From: a virus
Reading direction: 5' to 3' (one strand)
Length of the DNA stretch: 64,000 nucleotides
Virus record (IMG/VR): IMGVR_UViG_3300005436_000501
Location: 32,001 to 96,000 of that record
In this document: piece after piece, positions 8,409 through 17,742 of the stretch
Numbering within the stretch: position 1 is the first letter of the stretch
Layout: each line of letters starts with the position of its first letter
The notes under the pieces: model-generated
What the model was told of the DNA's origin: nothing
The model's database searches: none
What the model saw: only the letters and a program-made list of their open reading frames with translations
Position numbers and translations under genes: made by a program

Positions 8409-9017
8409 TCACGCCGCCTCCTCGTGCTCGAAGCGGGCGGAACGAGCAGCCTGGTACGCGTACGACACGCCGCCGTCACGCGGCACGAACGGCGCCAACG
8501 CCTCCTTCGGCGCAGTCAACTCCGCGTCCAACGCCCACCGGAACTCCTCATCCGAGGACCGCGAGCGCACCAGCCGCGCCCGGTGCTGCATGTGGCGCAC
8601 GAACGCCCAGCGGCTCTCCACCGCGTACGGCTCGATGTCGTACGCCGGATCCTGGTACGGGTCGAGCCCCAACCAGGTCCACGCATGGTCGGCGGGCCGC
8701 GGGATCGGGCCGAGCAGCAGCAGCCGCGGACCCGGCGTGGGTGCGGGCATCTCGGGCAGGCTGATCGCGGCGGCTTCGAGCCGGCGGCGGTCGAGGTCCG
8801 CGTCGGAGCCCTTTATCTCGGCCCAGGTGCCGTGGTCGGTGAGCAGGAAGTCGGGCAGGTAGAGGCTTGTGGAGCCGGAGCGGTCTTCGATGGCGAATCC
8901 CTGGGGTTCGTATTCCCAGCGGATGCGCAGGGCGTCGAAGCAGGTCGCCCATCGTGCTTCGAGCCGGGAGCGGAACCGGCAGCCGGCGTACTTGGTCTCG
9001 ACCGGTTGAATCTTCAC
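8409..9017 (-). CDS. PD-(D/E)XK nuclease-like phage protein
   Basis: ETKYAGCRFRSRLEARWA.CFDAL.IRWEYEPQGF..YLPDF..WAEIKG. Confidence 0.85.
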   Translation of the reverse strand: MKIQPVETKYAGCRFRSRLEARWATCFDALRIRWEYEPQGFAIEDRSGSTSLYLPDFLLTDHGTWAEIKGSDADLDRRRLEAAAISLPEMPAPTPGPRLLLLGPIPRPADHAWTWLGLDPYQDPAYDIEPYAVESRWAFVRHMQHRARLVRSRSSDEEFRWALDAELTAPKEALAPFVPRDGGVSYAYQAARSARFEHEEAA

Positions 9018-9220
9018 CCGGCACCGCCCGAATAACAGTCCCCGAGGTATTCGGCCAGCAGGTCGGACGACCATCGGTGGCGGCAGCGCGGGCACCGGTA
9101 TTCGCACCTGATCCACGCGCCGATCTGGACTCTCGACGCGGGCAGTACGAACCGCGCGCTCTCGCAGGCGTAGCAGCGGTCCGAGAACGGGGGAGCGGGC
9201 AGCGCGACCAGGCTCGTCAT
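9014..9220 (-). CDS. Small zinc-ribbon protein
   Basis: DRCYAC...YRCPRCRHRW. Confidence 0.7.
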   Translation of the reverse strand: MTSLVALPAPPFSDRCYACESARFVLPASRVQIGAWIRCEYRCPRCRHRWSSDLLAEYLGDCYSGGAG

Positions 9221-9639
9221 GACGGGTCAGCCGCCCTCGGCGGCCGGAATGCGCTACAGGTCTCGTCTCCCGCGATGTCCCAGGTCATCCCGTCGAAGTC
9301 GACGCCGACGGGTTGCGTGCGGCCGTTGTCGTAGACGAGCCACATATGGACGGGCAGTCGCTCTTTGTAGCCATCCCGCTTGAAGGTCCAGCCGCCGCCC
9401 GGGAGTGCTGCGACCACCCGGGGTCCCGCGGTATCCGGTGGGGTCGTCCGCGCGCCGACAGGCTGGGCCGCGTCGGCGATTGCGTCGATCAGGTCGTCCG
9501 TGTGGTCGTCGAGCCACACGCTGAACGCCGTCCCGAGTGCCTTGGTGATGAGTTCCGGGATGCTGACGGGGTGTTCGTTGAGCCAGTCGCTCCACGCCCC
9601 GGCCACACCCTCAGCGGTCGCGTCGCCTTTGCTGGTCAT
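9217..9639 (-). CDS. Hypothetical protein
   Basis: RBS AGGAG, ATGA overlaps. Confidence 0.7.
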   Translation of the reverse strand: MTSKGDATAEGVAGAWSDWLNEHPVSIPELITKALGTAFSVWLDDHTDDLIDAIADAAQPVGARTTPPDTAGPRVVAALPGGGWTFKRDGYKERLPVHMWLVYDNGRTQPVGVDFDGMTWDIAGDETCSAFRPPRAADPS

Positions 9640-9941
9640 GGTCGTCTACTCCTTGTCTTGTCGGCGGTGTCTGGTATCGCGAAGAGCGAGTCCTGCCCGG
9701 GCGGCCCGTTGGGCTCCGGCCGGGAGGTGCCGCGCGTCCTGGCTCGCGCCGCTCCGGTGGCGCACTTGTGCCGGTGGTGGCCGAGGTGCCCCTGCGGGGT
9801 GCGCCACGCCGCGACGACCTCGGCCTTGGTGAACCCGGTCCCGTCCGCTTTGAGCACGCCGAGGCGTGTCGGGTCCGGGTCGAGCAGCCCCGATGGGGTC
9901 GCGAGGACCGGGGCGGCGCAGGACGGGCAGGCGTCAGGCAT
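9636..9941 (-). CDS. Hypothetical Cys/His protein
   Basis: CPSC...HHRHKC; coupled overlap. Confidence 0.6.
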   Translation of the reverse strand: MPDACPSCAAPVLATPSGLLDPDPTRLGVLKADGTGFTKAEVVAAWRTPQGHLGHHRHKCATGAARARTRGTSRPEPNGPPGQDSLFAIPDTADKTRSRRP

Positions 9942-10473
9942 CCGGGTCACCCCCGAGGTCCAGCGCCCCGCGAACCCGCCGCGCACACGCGTCGAAGCCC
10001 GCCTGCCAGGCGTCAATGCCCGCGCCGTCGTCCGCGTCAAGCCACGCCAGCAGCGGCATCCCGACCCACACGGTCAACGCGAGCAGCGAGCACAGGTCCG
10101 GCGCGATCGCACCGGTCTCGATGCGGCTGATGGTGGTGTCCGCCTGGCAATACCGGTGCAAGTCCCCCGCCTCGCCCGGACCCGACGCCCGCTGCGCGTG
10201 CCAGCACGACGTGGACAGGTAGGCGTGGCCCCGCTTGGGCGCGCCCTCGTCGGGCACGATCCAGCCCTCGAAGGTGCGCACGATCCACTCCTGGTCGACC
10301 GCGAGCGCGAGCAGCGCGAACGTGTTCGCCACCCCCGCGCGCTCACAGGCGCGTTGTAAACGCCGGTACAGCCCGTCCTGCGAGGTCCCGTCGCGGCTGG
10401 CGACCGCCCTGAGCGGCTGCCCGTCGGCGATGCGGGCCGGGTTCCAGCGGTCCCGCATGATCGGTGCGGTCAT
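9934..10473 (-). CDS. Putative DNA-binding protein (HTH-like segments)
   Basis: LRAVASRDGTSQDGLYRRL and TTISRIETG..PDL XRE-like segment. Confidence 0.5.
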   Translation of the reverse strand: MTAPIMRDRWNPARIADGQPLRAVASRDGTSQDGLYRRLQRACERAGVANTFALLALAVDQEWIVRTFEGWIVPDEGAPKRGHAYLSTSCWHAQRASGPGEAGDLHRYCQADTTISRIETGAIAPDLCSLLALTVWVGMPLLAWLDADDGAGIDAWQAGFDACARRVRGALDLGGDPDA

Positions 10474-10868
10474 GGCCGCTCCCCGAGGTAGGCGCGGGCG
10501 GCCGCGAGTGTCGCGGTCCATTCGTCGCGCACGCCGACCAGGCATTGCAGTACCCGGCCGTGCTCGTCCTCGTAGGCGCTCCAGTGGGCCATCTCGCGGG
10601 CGGCGGCGTCCCACTGGTCGGCGATGAGCAGTGCGACGCCCGGGTGCATCCCGGCGATGTGCTCGGCGTCGGCGCGCTCATGAACGTCGCTGCCGATCCA
10701 TCGGTACTCGGTTCGCGGTCTTGCGGGCGGGCTCTGGTCGGCGCGCACCTCGTAGAAGTCCCACTCGGGCAGGGTGATGGACTCCCAGCGGCCCGATGTC
10801 GCGGCGGCGGCGCGGTCCCGCATGAGTGCTGCGGCGCGCCTGATCGTGTCGTGCGGCGCCTCAACCAT
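10470..10868 (-). CDS. Ead/Ea22-like phage protein (paralog of 18831-19403)
   Basis: IRRAAALMRDRAAAATSGRW...DAEHIAGMHP..ALLIA..W. Confidence 0.6.
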   Translation of the reverse strand: MVEAPHDTIRRAAALMRDRAAAATSGRWESITLPEWDFYEVRADQSPPARPRTEYRWIGSDVHERADAEHIAGMHPGVALLIADQWDAAAREMAHWSAYEDEHGRVLQCLVGVRDEWTATLAAARAYLGERP

Positions 10869-11091
10869 GGTCGGCCTCGCACTGGGCGAGCAGGCTCAGC
10901 CGCGCGGCCTCACAGGTGTCCGTGGTGATGGCGTCGAGCGCTTCGTAGACCTCGCCGAGGCTCGTCCCGCACTGACCGGCGGGCCAGTCGTTGCCGTCCA
11001 CCCGCCACCCGGTCTGCCCGTCGAACGGGTCGGGCGGCGGCGGGAGCGCCGCGGCGAGCCGGTCGGCGATACGGCGCAGGAATCTAGGCAT
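10861..11091 (-). CDS. Hypothetical protein
   Basis: RBS GGGAG; overlaps both neighbours. Confidence 0.5.
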   Translation of the reverse strand: MPRFLRRIADRLAAALPPPPDPFDGQTGWRVDGNDWPAGQCGTSLGEVYEALDAITTDTCEAARLSLLAQCEADHG

Positions 11092-11425
11092 GGGTGTTCT
11101 CCCGTCGTGTGGCGAACGCCCGTTCGGGGCTGAGCGCCCCGGGGCGGCGGAACGCGAGCGCGGAGCGGACCTCGGGCCGGCCGTGGCCGCGCAACCGGAC
11201 CCGCTCGATCACCAGCCAGAAGCGGGCGCCCGGCCGGACGAGCGGCGCGTCCCGGTCCGACACGAGCGCCAGATCGACGTAGTCGCGCCGCCGCTCGCCC
11301 CGAACGCGCGCCGAGAAGAAGCCGTCGAACACGGCCGTGACCGTGCCCTCGCGGATCTCGCGGCGGGCCACCACCGCGCCGTCGGGGGTGCCCGTAAGCC
11401 ACGACGGGCCGAGGTCTTCGGTCAC
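11084..11425 (-). CDS. Hypothetical beta-rich (OB-fold-like) protein
   Basis: EGTVTAVFDGFFSARV...LVRPGARFWLVI. Confidence 0.55.
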   Translation of the reverse strand: MTEDLGPSWLTGTPDGAVVARREIREGTVTAVFDGFFSARVRGERRRDYVDLALVSDRDAPLVRPGARFWLVIERVRLRGHGRPEVRSALAFRRPGALSPERAFATRRENTHA

Positions 11426-11712
11426 GACACGCCCCCGATCTCGGGAGCGAAGAATTCCGGCAACGGCTCCGGCCCCGAGTAACGCACGCAGGCGCAGGCG
11501 GCGTATCCGTCCAGCACTTCCTCGCTCCCGTTGTACCTGTACGTCTTCACCCGCGCGTTGCAGCGGCCGGTGGCGGGGTCGTGGGTGTGGATTCCGTGCG
11601 TGCAGCCGCAGATCGGCTTGGCCGGCTTCGGTGGTTTCGGGTGTTTGCGCCGGCTGGGCAGGAACCGGCCGATCAGGACACCGGCCAGGGCGATCAGGGC
11701 GCCTTCGAGCAT
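11422..11712 (-). CDS. Membrane-anchored Cys/His-rich protein
   Basis: N-terminal TM helix; CGCTHGIHTH..C..CACVRY. Confidence 0.7.
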   Translation of the reverse strand: MLEGALIALAGVLIGRFLPSRRKHPKPPKPAKPICGCTHGIHTHDPATGRCNARVKTYRYNGSEEVLDGYAACACVRYSGPEPLPEFFAPEIGGVS

Positions 11713-11742
11713 CGGGGGATCTCCTACGTGCCGAAGGCGCGG

Positions 11743-11773
11743 CGCCCACCCGGGACGCCGCGCCCGGGTGGGC
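11743..11773. terminator. GC-rich hairpin after the lipoprotein gene
   Basis: GCCCACCCGGG-N8-CCCGGGTGGGC. Confidence 0.5.
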
Positions 11774-12381
11774 TACTTCTGCAACTGGGGGATGTTCGCG
11801 TACACCGGGATCACGGCGTTGCTCACCAGGAACGGCATGTCCGTCTCGACCAATGCGCCGCCCGCTGTGCGGAAGAACACCCCGAACGATCCGCCCTCGT
11901 CCGGACCGTAGGAGCCGTCGTCACCGGGCGCGAGGTTCGTGCATGAGGTGTTGTTCGCGCAGTTCACGTTGACGTCGGTGCTGGTCATCTGCGAGCCGGT
12001 CGAGGAGACCTTGCCCTGGATGACGTAGTAACCGACCGGTGTCCCGCCGAAGGTGAAGATGTAGACGAAGTTTGTTGATCCGCGGGAGTTGTAAGCCTGG
12101 AGCCGGAACGCGAGGTTCTTCAATTCCAGCGGGTCGGACGGCGGATTGGGGGCACAGTTCCCGGCGCTGTCGCAGTTCGCGAACGGATACGGCACCGCCG
12201 CGTCGAACTCGGCCGCGATCGTGCCGGACTTGTTGTTCTGGAACGTCTGGTTCTTGCTCGCGCTGTTCGAACTGGAGTGGTTGCACGCCGCGAGCGTGAC
12301 GACCAGGCCCAGGCCGATCAGCGCGGACGCGGCCAGGGAGACGATGCGCCGGCGGCGCGAAACAGCACGGGCCTTGTTCAC
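11773..12381 (-). CDS. Lipoprotein
   Basis: RRRR + hydrophobic stretch + LAAC lipobox; GYYVIQGKVSS..PGDDGSYGPDEG. Confidence 0.85.
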   Translation of the reverse strand: MNKARAVSRRRRIVSLAASALIGLGLVVTLAACNHSSSNSASKNQTFQNNKSGTIAAEFDAAVPYPFANCDSAGNCAPNPPSDPLELKNLAFRLQAYNSRGSTNFVYIFTFGGTPVGYYVIQGKVSSTGSQMTSTDVNVNCANNTSCTNLAPGDDGSYGPDEGGSFGVFFRTAGGALVETDMPFLVSNAVIPVYANIPQLQK

Positions 12382-12833
12382 GGGGTGACCAGCCTTGTCG
12401 GGTCGGTGGAGCACACGGATGCGGGATCGAGGTGCTGCTTCGGGTAGCCGTCGGGCACGACCGCGAGCGCGTTGTCCAGGTCGCTGTTCCAGGTGGCGAC
12501 GTCGGTGTCGCAGTTCTGCTGGACGCCCTCGAGGTTGACCGCGTCCTGCTTGTCCGCGCCCGGCGCGGCGGCGGCTTTCGTGGCGACCTGGATGTTCTGC
12601 TGGTCGGCCTGCAACTGGGCGTACAGGCCCGTGAAGGTCGCGGACCAGTGCTCGCGGTTGGCGGCGCTACCGCGGTCCTTGCGGACGTCGCCGGTGCCCT
12701 TGACGCTGGCGCTGAACACGCCGAACGCCCACAGGCACAACGGCAGGGCGACGAACAGCAGCAACGCGGCCAGGCAGCCGTACGCCCAGACGCGTTTGGG
12801 GCGCAGGTCGCCGTCGGCGGTGAACACGGACAT
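12378..12833 (-). CDS. Membrane protein paired with the lipoprotein
   Basis: Single N-terminal TM helix, coiled ectodomain; RBS AAGGAG. Confidence 0.8.
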   Translation of the reverse strand: MSVFTADGDLRPKRVWAYGCLAALLLFVALPLCLWAFGVFSASVKGTGDVRKDRGSAANREHWSATFTGLYAQLQADQQNIQVATKAAAAPGADKQDAVNLEGVQQNCDTDVATWNSDLDNALAVVPDGYPKQHLDPASVCSTDPTRLVTP

Positions 12834-12848
12834 GGGTGTGAGGTCTCC

Positions 12849-13064
12849 TTAGGTGGTGGTGTCGGGTTTGCGCAGGCCCCGGAAGGGGCGCACATCGGTG
12901 CTGCCATCGCCGCGGCGGATCATGACGTTGCGGGGCCCGTGTGCCTTGGTGCGCACCAGGGGCAGCAGCCCGGTCAGGTTGGGCAGGTCGCGTACAGCGC
13001 CGTTCCACGCCGCGACGACGGTGACGGGTTCGCCCCGCTCGAGATACGTGCTCCCGGTGATCAC
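12849..13064 (-). CDS. Small hypothetical phage protein
   Basis: TYLERGEPVTV..GPRNVMIRR.DGS..VRPFRGLR. Confidence 0.65.
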   Translation of the reverse strand: MITGSTYLERGEPVTVVAAWNGAVRDLPNLTGLLPLVRTKAHGPRNVMIRRGDGSTDVRPFRGLRKPDTTT

Positions 13065-13621
13065 GGGGCCACCGCCTGTCGGGCGACCGGCCGCACCTTC
13101 ACGACCTGCCCCTTGAAGGCGCAGCCGTTCACGTTGCCGACGGTGAGCGGCCCCGGCTCCCTGATCCCGATCGCATAGGAGCGCACCCAGACCCGGAACC
13201 AGGCGTCGGCCGGTTTGCCCGCGACGTGGCTCTGATCGCTCGTCCACCCGCCGCACCCGCAGCCCGGGTCGCCGCACGGCTTGCCGGTCACGTCGTGCGG
13301 CGCCTTGTTGTAGGTCGCCATCGCTCCGGCGACCATCGGGCACGCCGCAACGGAGTAGGCGGCGCACTCCGGGTGTAGCGCCGGCTCGGACGAGAACCCC
13401 TCGTCGATCATCGACTGCGTGGCGAGGAACAGGTACGGCGGCGGGTCCAGGCGCTGCCCGCAGATCTGGCAGAGGTAGTGCGCGACGCACTCGGCGACGC
13501 GTTTGCCGTGGGTGCCGCCCAGGTGTGTGCGGCCCTCGGCGACCAGGCTGATGTACGGCACGACCAGGCCGCCGAGCAGGGGGCGGCGGGCGCAGCGCGC
13601 GGGGATCGGCGGGGCGGTCAC
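13061..13621 (-). CDS. Cys/His-rich hypothetical phage protein
   Basis: GGLVVPYI..LCQICG..EPALHPECAAYS..CPM. Confidence 0.75.
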   Translation of the reverse strand: MTAPPIPARCARRPLLGGLVVPYISLVAEGRTHLGGTHGKRVAECVAHYLCQICGQRLDPPPYLFLATQSMIDEGFSSEPALHPECAAYSVAACPMVAGAMATYNKAPHDVTGKPCGDPGCGCGGWTSDQSHVAGKPADAWFRVWVRSYAIGIREPGPLTVGNVNGCAFKGQVVKVRPVARQAVAP

Positions 13622-14163
13622 GGGGTCGCCTCCGGCAGGTGCGCGCCTTCCCGCGCCCCGCTCTCGGCGTCGGCACCGGATGCGGGCTCGCCGTCGGGGA
13701 CCTCGTCGTCGGTCGCCGCCCGTTTGGCGTGCACGTCGCGCACCCCGCAGCGCGGGCACGGGAGCACAGCAACCCTGTCTCCGGCGCGGAAAAGCATCAG
13801 GATCGGCCCGGACGTGCAGTTGTAACAGGACCCGACCATGCGGTAGATCCCGCAGCCGCCGTGCTGTTCGCATCTGGCGCAGGTGCACACGCCGCTGACG
13901 GTGAGCATCGATTCCTCCTGGATTTCAGGTGGCAGGACGATGGATGCGGCGGGTAGCCCGGTCAGGAACGCGCGCGTCACGCCGCGCGGCACGACCACCA
14001 GGCGCTCCCCGTCGCCGACCGACACCCCGGCGGGCAGCGTCAGCCACGTCTCGGGGCTGGGCTCGTAGCCCACGACCGCGTAGTCACCCGACGGCAGCTC
14101 GGCGATGAGAGGGCAGTTGCCCGACGACGTGCACGCCGCGGCCGGTCCCGGACCGCGGTTCAC
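13618..14163 (-). CDS. Two-domain hypothetical protein with C-terminal zinc ribbon
   Basis: CTSSGNCP..YAVVGY..GERLVVVP domain, then internal GGAGG-ATG and CxxC pairs. Confidence 0.6.
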   Translation of the reverse strand: MNRGPGPAAACTSSGNCPLIAELPSGDYAVVGYEPSPETWLTLPAGVSVGDGERLVVVPRGVTRAFLTGLPAASIVLPPEIQEESMLTVSGVCTCARCEQHGGCGIYRMVGSCYNCTSGPILMLFRAGDRVAVLPCPRCGVRDVHAKRAATDDEVPDGEPASGADAESGAREGAHLPEATP

Positions 14164-14429
14164 GGCCGCCTCCCGTCGCGCACAGGCGGCCGCACCAGCA
14201 GCCAGCCGAACCCCGACACCACGGCCACCGAGGCGGCGAGCCCGGCGGACGGGTACTCGGCGGGAAACAGCAGCACGACCGCGATCAGGAAGCACACCCA
14301 CCCGGCCGTGGCCAGCGCCGCGGCGACCATGCCGCGCAGCCACCACGCCCGGTCGAACGCGGCCAGCAGCAGCGCGGCGAGCACACCCGCCACGGCTGCG
14401 GCGGTGGAGACCGGTTCACGGCGGGTCAC
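14160..14429 (-). CDS. Small multi-pass membrane protein
   Basis: About three hydrophobic helices. Confidence 0.6.
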   Translation of the reverse strand: MTRREPVSTAAAVAGVLAALLLAAFDRAWWLRGMVAAALATAGWVCFLIAVVLLFPAEYPSAGLAASVAVVSGFGWLLVRPPVRDGRRP

Positions 14430-14854
14430 CGCGACCACCGCAGCCACCGGCCCCACCCGCGCGCCCCGGCCGATGCCGCTTCCGGGCGGACCGGCTTGGG
14501 TTCGTCGCCGCCGCTGCGGCAGTCCGGCCCGCATACGTGTGCTGCGCCCTCGTCGTCATCCGCGTCCTCGGCGGTCTCCCGGTCGATGCGCTCGACCATC
14601 CGCAGCGCCGCATCGTCGCGGCCCGCGGCGGCCTGCGCGCGGCGAAGCTGTCCGATCACGGCCTTCTGGTTGGCGACGCGCCTGCGCAGCGCGCCGGCCT
14701 CGATTTCGAGTTCGGCGACGCGTCGGCGCGCCGCGGTCAGGTCGCCGGCCATGCGCAGCACGCCCACACCGAACAGGTGCCGCCCCTCCTCGTCGAGGTC
14801 GAACGGGTCGACGGCCGCTGCGGTGTGCGCGGGGTCGGCGGTGACAGGGTTCAA
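14426..14854 (-). CDS. Coiled-coil hypothetical protein
   Basis: RBS AAGGAG; heptad-like helix. Confidence 0.6.
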   Translation of the reverse strand: MNPVTADPAHTAAAVDPFDLDEEGRHLFGVGVLRMAGDLTAARRRVAELEIEAGALRRRVANQKAVIGQLRRAQAAAGRDDAALRMVERIDRETAEDADDDEGAAHVCGPDCRSGGDEPKPVRPEAASAGARGWGRWLRWSR

Positions 14855-14879
14855 CGGGTTCTCCTTTGGGTGCGGGCAG

Positions 14880-15272
14880 TCAGTGGCGGCGCGGCGGACG
14901 GCGCCAGGAGGGGCGCCGTACGGGCCGCTGCGGGGCGTCAGGGATGCTCGGCGGCACGGGCTCCGCGGTGCCGGACTGGGGTGCCTGGAGAGCCTTCTGC
15001 GCGTCGGCGAGCCGGCCGCGCAGTCCCCGGATCTCCGCGTCGCGCGCCCGGATCACGTTGTCCATGGCCACGCCGTACGACTCGCCGAGGTCGGCCCGAT
15101 GTCGGGCGTCGGCGAGATCCTCAGTGGCCTGCGCGAGCCGGATGCGGGCGTCGTCGCGTTCGGCGACGACGCGGCGCACGGTCTTCTCAAGCCCCTGGAT
15201 CTGATCGAGGATGCTCGGCTCGCGCACGGTTACGGGCGGCGCGGTAACGGTTTCTTCGGTGGTGGTGCTCAA
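14880..15272 (-). CDS. Coiled-coil hypothetical protein
   Basis: Heptad-like helix, high GC3. Confidence 0.6.
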   Translation of the reverse strand: MSTTTEETVTAPPVTVREPSILDQIQGLEKTVRRVVAERDDARIRLAQATEDLADARHRADLGESYGVAMDNVIRARDAEIRGLRGRLADAQKALQAPQSGTAEPVPPSIPDAPQRPVRRPSWRRPPRRH

Positions 15273-15317
15273 CGGTGTGCCTTGCTGTTCGATACCGGTT
15301 GACGGACTGTAGTGGAT

Positions 15318-15807
15318 CTAGATGTTCGGTGGCTGATCACCGGGTGTGGTGAGCGGATCCACAGGCGGGAGGGGTTGCGCGGCTATGTCCGCGAGGACCA
15401 CGGCGAGCGCGACGAGATGCTGGCGGTCCCACCCGGCCAGCGCGCCCCGCGCCGCGTCCGCATCCCGGCCGGCGACCGCCGAGACGAGGTCCTCGGCGGG
15501 CCCGGTCATCGTCAGGGCCAGCAGGTCCGCGGCGAGACCGGGTAGGTTGCGGCGGCGCTTCGCGATCCGGTCGTCCAGGCTCGACCTCGAGATCCCGAGC
15601 CCCGCCGCGGTTATCTCGCGGTCCAGGCCGTCGAGGTCGGCGATCACGATCAAGGCGCCGCGTTCCAGCTCGGTCAGCGTGACCGGGTCGCCGAGCAGCG
15701 CCCGGCGGATCGCCCCCCCCGTCGACGAGGTGCACCGCGCGCTCGTGGCGCTGCGCGGCGAGGTCCCGGATCGTGCGCCGGGTCGTCTCGCCCGGGCGGT
15801 CGGTCAC
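15318..15807 (-). pseudogene. Putative HTH DNA-binding protein frameshifted at a G8 run (15713-15720)
   Basis: Coupled GTG at 15807 reads ..HLVDGG; removing one G continues AIRRALLGDPVTLTELER..LGISRSSLDDRI to 15318. Confidence 0.6.
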
Positions 15808-16334
15808 GCCGCACCGCCCACGGCCGTAAAGTGCAGGACCAGCTGCGAGCCCTTGACCGGCTCGCCCAGTGTGTACGTGGTGCTCAGGACGTACCGCTCG
15901 TCGTCCCCGGGTAGGTAGCCGGCGACGACGATGCCGTCGATACATGCCTTGACCGTGGGCTGGACATTGTCCGAGTCCTGATGCCTGCGGTCGCGGGGGT
16001 GCAGGACTGCGGTGACGCGGACGCGCTCCAGCTTCGGCAGCCGGTGGGCGCGCGCCATCAGGGCGGCGTCGGCGCGGATCTGCTTGACGATGCGCGCCTT
16101 GGCGCGGAAGTCGTGCCGGTCGTTGGCGGACAGGAGGTCGTAGCCGGCGGGCAGTGCGACGGTGTAGGTGGTGCTCTCCCCGTCCGCACGTGCCGCACAC
16201 CGGTGCGGACGGGGAGAGCCTGGGTCCGGGCCGGCCGTGGGGACCGGCCCGGGGATCGTGGCGGCGAGGAGTTCGTCGAGCGCCGCGCGCGGACAGGCGT
16301 CGACCGGGATCACGGTCTGCTCCGGGGCGCTCAC
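15804..16334 (-). CDS. rusA: RusA-like Holliday junction resolvase
   Basis: LSAND..RRHQDSDNVQPTVKACIDGIV.AG.LPGDD. Confidence 0.8.
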   Translation of the reverse strand: MSAPEQTVIPVDACPRAALDELLAATIPGPVPTAGPDPGSPRPHRCAARADGESTTYTVALPAGYDLLSANDRHDFRAKARIVKQIRADAALMARAHRLPKLERVRVTAVLHPRDRRHQDSDNVQPTVKACIDGIVVAGYLPGDDERYVLSTTYTLGEPVKGSQLVLHFTAVGGAA

Positions 16335-16873
16335 GACGCCGTCCCGTGCTGCTCGAGCACCGCAGCGAGCGCGGCCGGCTGCGGGCGCCAGAACCCGAGC
16401 GCGCCACGGCATGCCACGGGCTGGGCCAACGCGAACCGCCGGCCGAGCCGCACATGCCAGGCGCCCTGCTCGGCCCACTCGGAGCAGTCGCCGTCGCACC
16501 GGTGGCAGTCCTCGATCACCGCCGCCCCGACGACCGCCCCGGTGGGCATCGTGGACGGAGTGGCGGATCCGGAGGTGAGCCACTGGCACATCACCCAGGA
16601 GCGCGACGCGGCGTCGAGGTCGTAGCGCAAGCCGGCGTGGATGAGGACCAGTCCGCGACGGTTGACCCTGGTTGTCCTGTTCTCGACGGACTTGGGGCCG
16701 CCGTTGCCGCCGGGCTGGCCGACAATCGCGGACGCCCACGGCTGCCGCACGGTCCATGCGCGCAGGTCCACGCGGGCGGCGTCGGCGAGCGCCCGGGTGT
16801 CGATCGGGGGCGCGGGGTGCGCGTCGGCGTCCGCCGCGGCGATACCGGCGAGCAGTTCGGTGTCGGTCGTCAC
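16331..16873 (-). CDS. ASCH domain protein
   Basis: AWTVRQPWASAI..GPKSVENRT..LIHAG..GAVVG..RGALGFW. Confidence 0.88.
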   Translation of the reverse strand: MTTDTELLAGIAAADADAHPAPPIDTRALADAARVDLRAWTVRQPWASAIVGQPGGNGGPKSVENRTTRVNRRGLVLIHAGLRYDLDAASRSWVMCQWLTSGSATPSTMPTGAVVGAAVIEDCHRCDGDCSEWAEQGAWHVRLGRRFALAQPVACRGALGFWRPQPAALAAVLEQHGTAS

Positions 16874-17742
16874 GACGCACCGCCCGACTGTTCGGCGTCG
16901 ATAGCCTTGCGCGCGTCAGCGATAGCGGAGCGCAGCAACCGCTCGGTGTCCTCCATGCGCTCCAACGCCTCGGCCGCGGCCTTCACCGCCCGCCCCTTGG
17001 CGATCAACTCCCGCAGCGCAGAGCCCAGAACTTCAGGCGAGACGTACTCGCCGAAGTCGTAGCTGTCCAACTGGAACCCGCAGGACTTCTCCAACTCCTC
17101 CAACCGCTTGAGGCGGCGGTGCGTCTCGGCCGAGCCGGGGGCGGTGGCCTGCCGCCGAAGCGCCTGCATCTGCTTGTGGTGCTCGTTGACGAGGCGGTTG
17201 CGCTGCCGCTCGACTTCTTTGTTGCGGTCGGTTTCCATCGACACCAGCAGCGCCGCGAGTAGAGCCGTGGTGGGGCGCAGTTCGCGGCGCTCGGCCGGGG
17301 TGACCACCTTGAAGCGGCGCGCCTTGCCGGGCACCATCAGGCCCCAGCCGGGCGGCAGCAACTGCGGCGGCGCGACCATGGTGTTCGGGGCGACGATCCA
17401 GAACGTGTTGCTGTGCGCCCACCACGCCTCGGCCTTGTCGGGCTGGTCGAGTTCCCGTTGGAAGTCGGCGCGGCCGGTCTTAAGCTCGCACACGTCCACC
17501 GTGTAGCCCCGGCTCGCCCACAGTCCGACGTGGACAGCGTCCGCACGGTGGATGCGGTCGGGCGCGGTGACCTCGGTGAGGAACACGGCGCCAGGCCGGG
17601 ACTGGCCGGGCATCAGGTAGTGGTCGCGCAGCGCCTCGAGCAACTGCGCCGTGTTCGCCGGTGTCGGTGTGGACTCAGCCTCGGTGACGGCCGACACGCC
17701 GACCGGGGCGGGAAGGTCGAGTTGGGTCTGCGTCTCGGTCAT
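16870..17742 (-). CDS. MmcB-like PD-(D/E)XK nuclease with coiled-coil tail
   Basis: EV..RADAV..ELKTGRADFQREL..PDK..FWIVAP..LPPGWGL. Confidence 0.75.
   Translation of the reverse strand: MTETQTQLDLPAPVGVSAVTEAESTPTPANTAQLLEALRDHYLMPGQSRPGAVFLTEVTAPDRIHRADAVHVGLWASRGYTVDVCELKTGRADFQRELDQPDKAEAWWAHSNTFWIVAPNTMVAPPQLLPPGWGLMVPGKARRFKVVTPAERRELRPTTALLAALLVSMETDRNKEVERQRNRLVNEHHKQMQALRRQATAPGSAETHRRLKRLEELEKSCGFQLDSYDFGEYVSPEVLGSALRELIAKGRAVKAAAEALERMEDTERLLRSAIADARKAIDAEQSGGAS

Noticed and set aside
6403-8412. 669-aa extended primase
   Set aside because: The first ~340 codons overlap two better genes and a promoter region; a GGAG RBS supports the start at 7395
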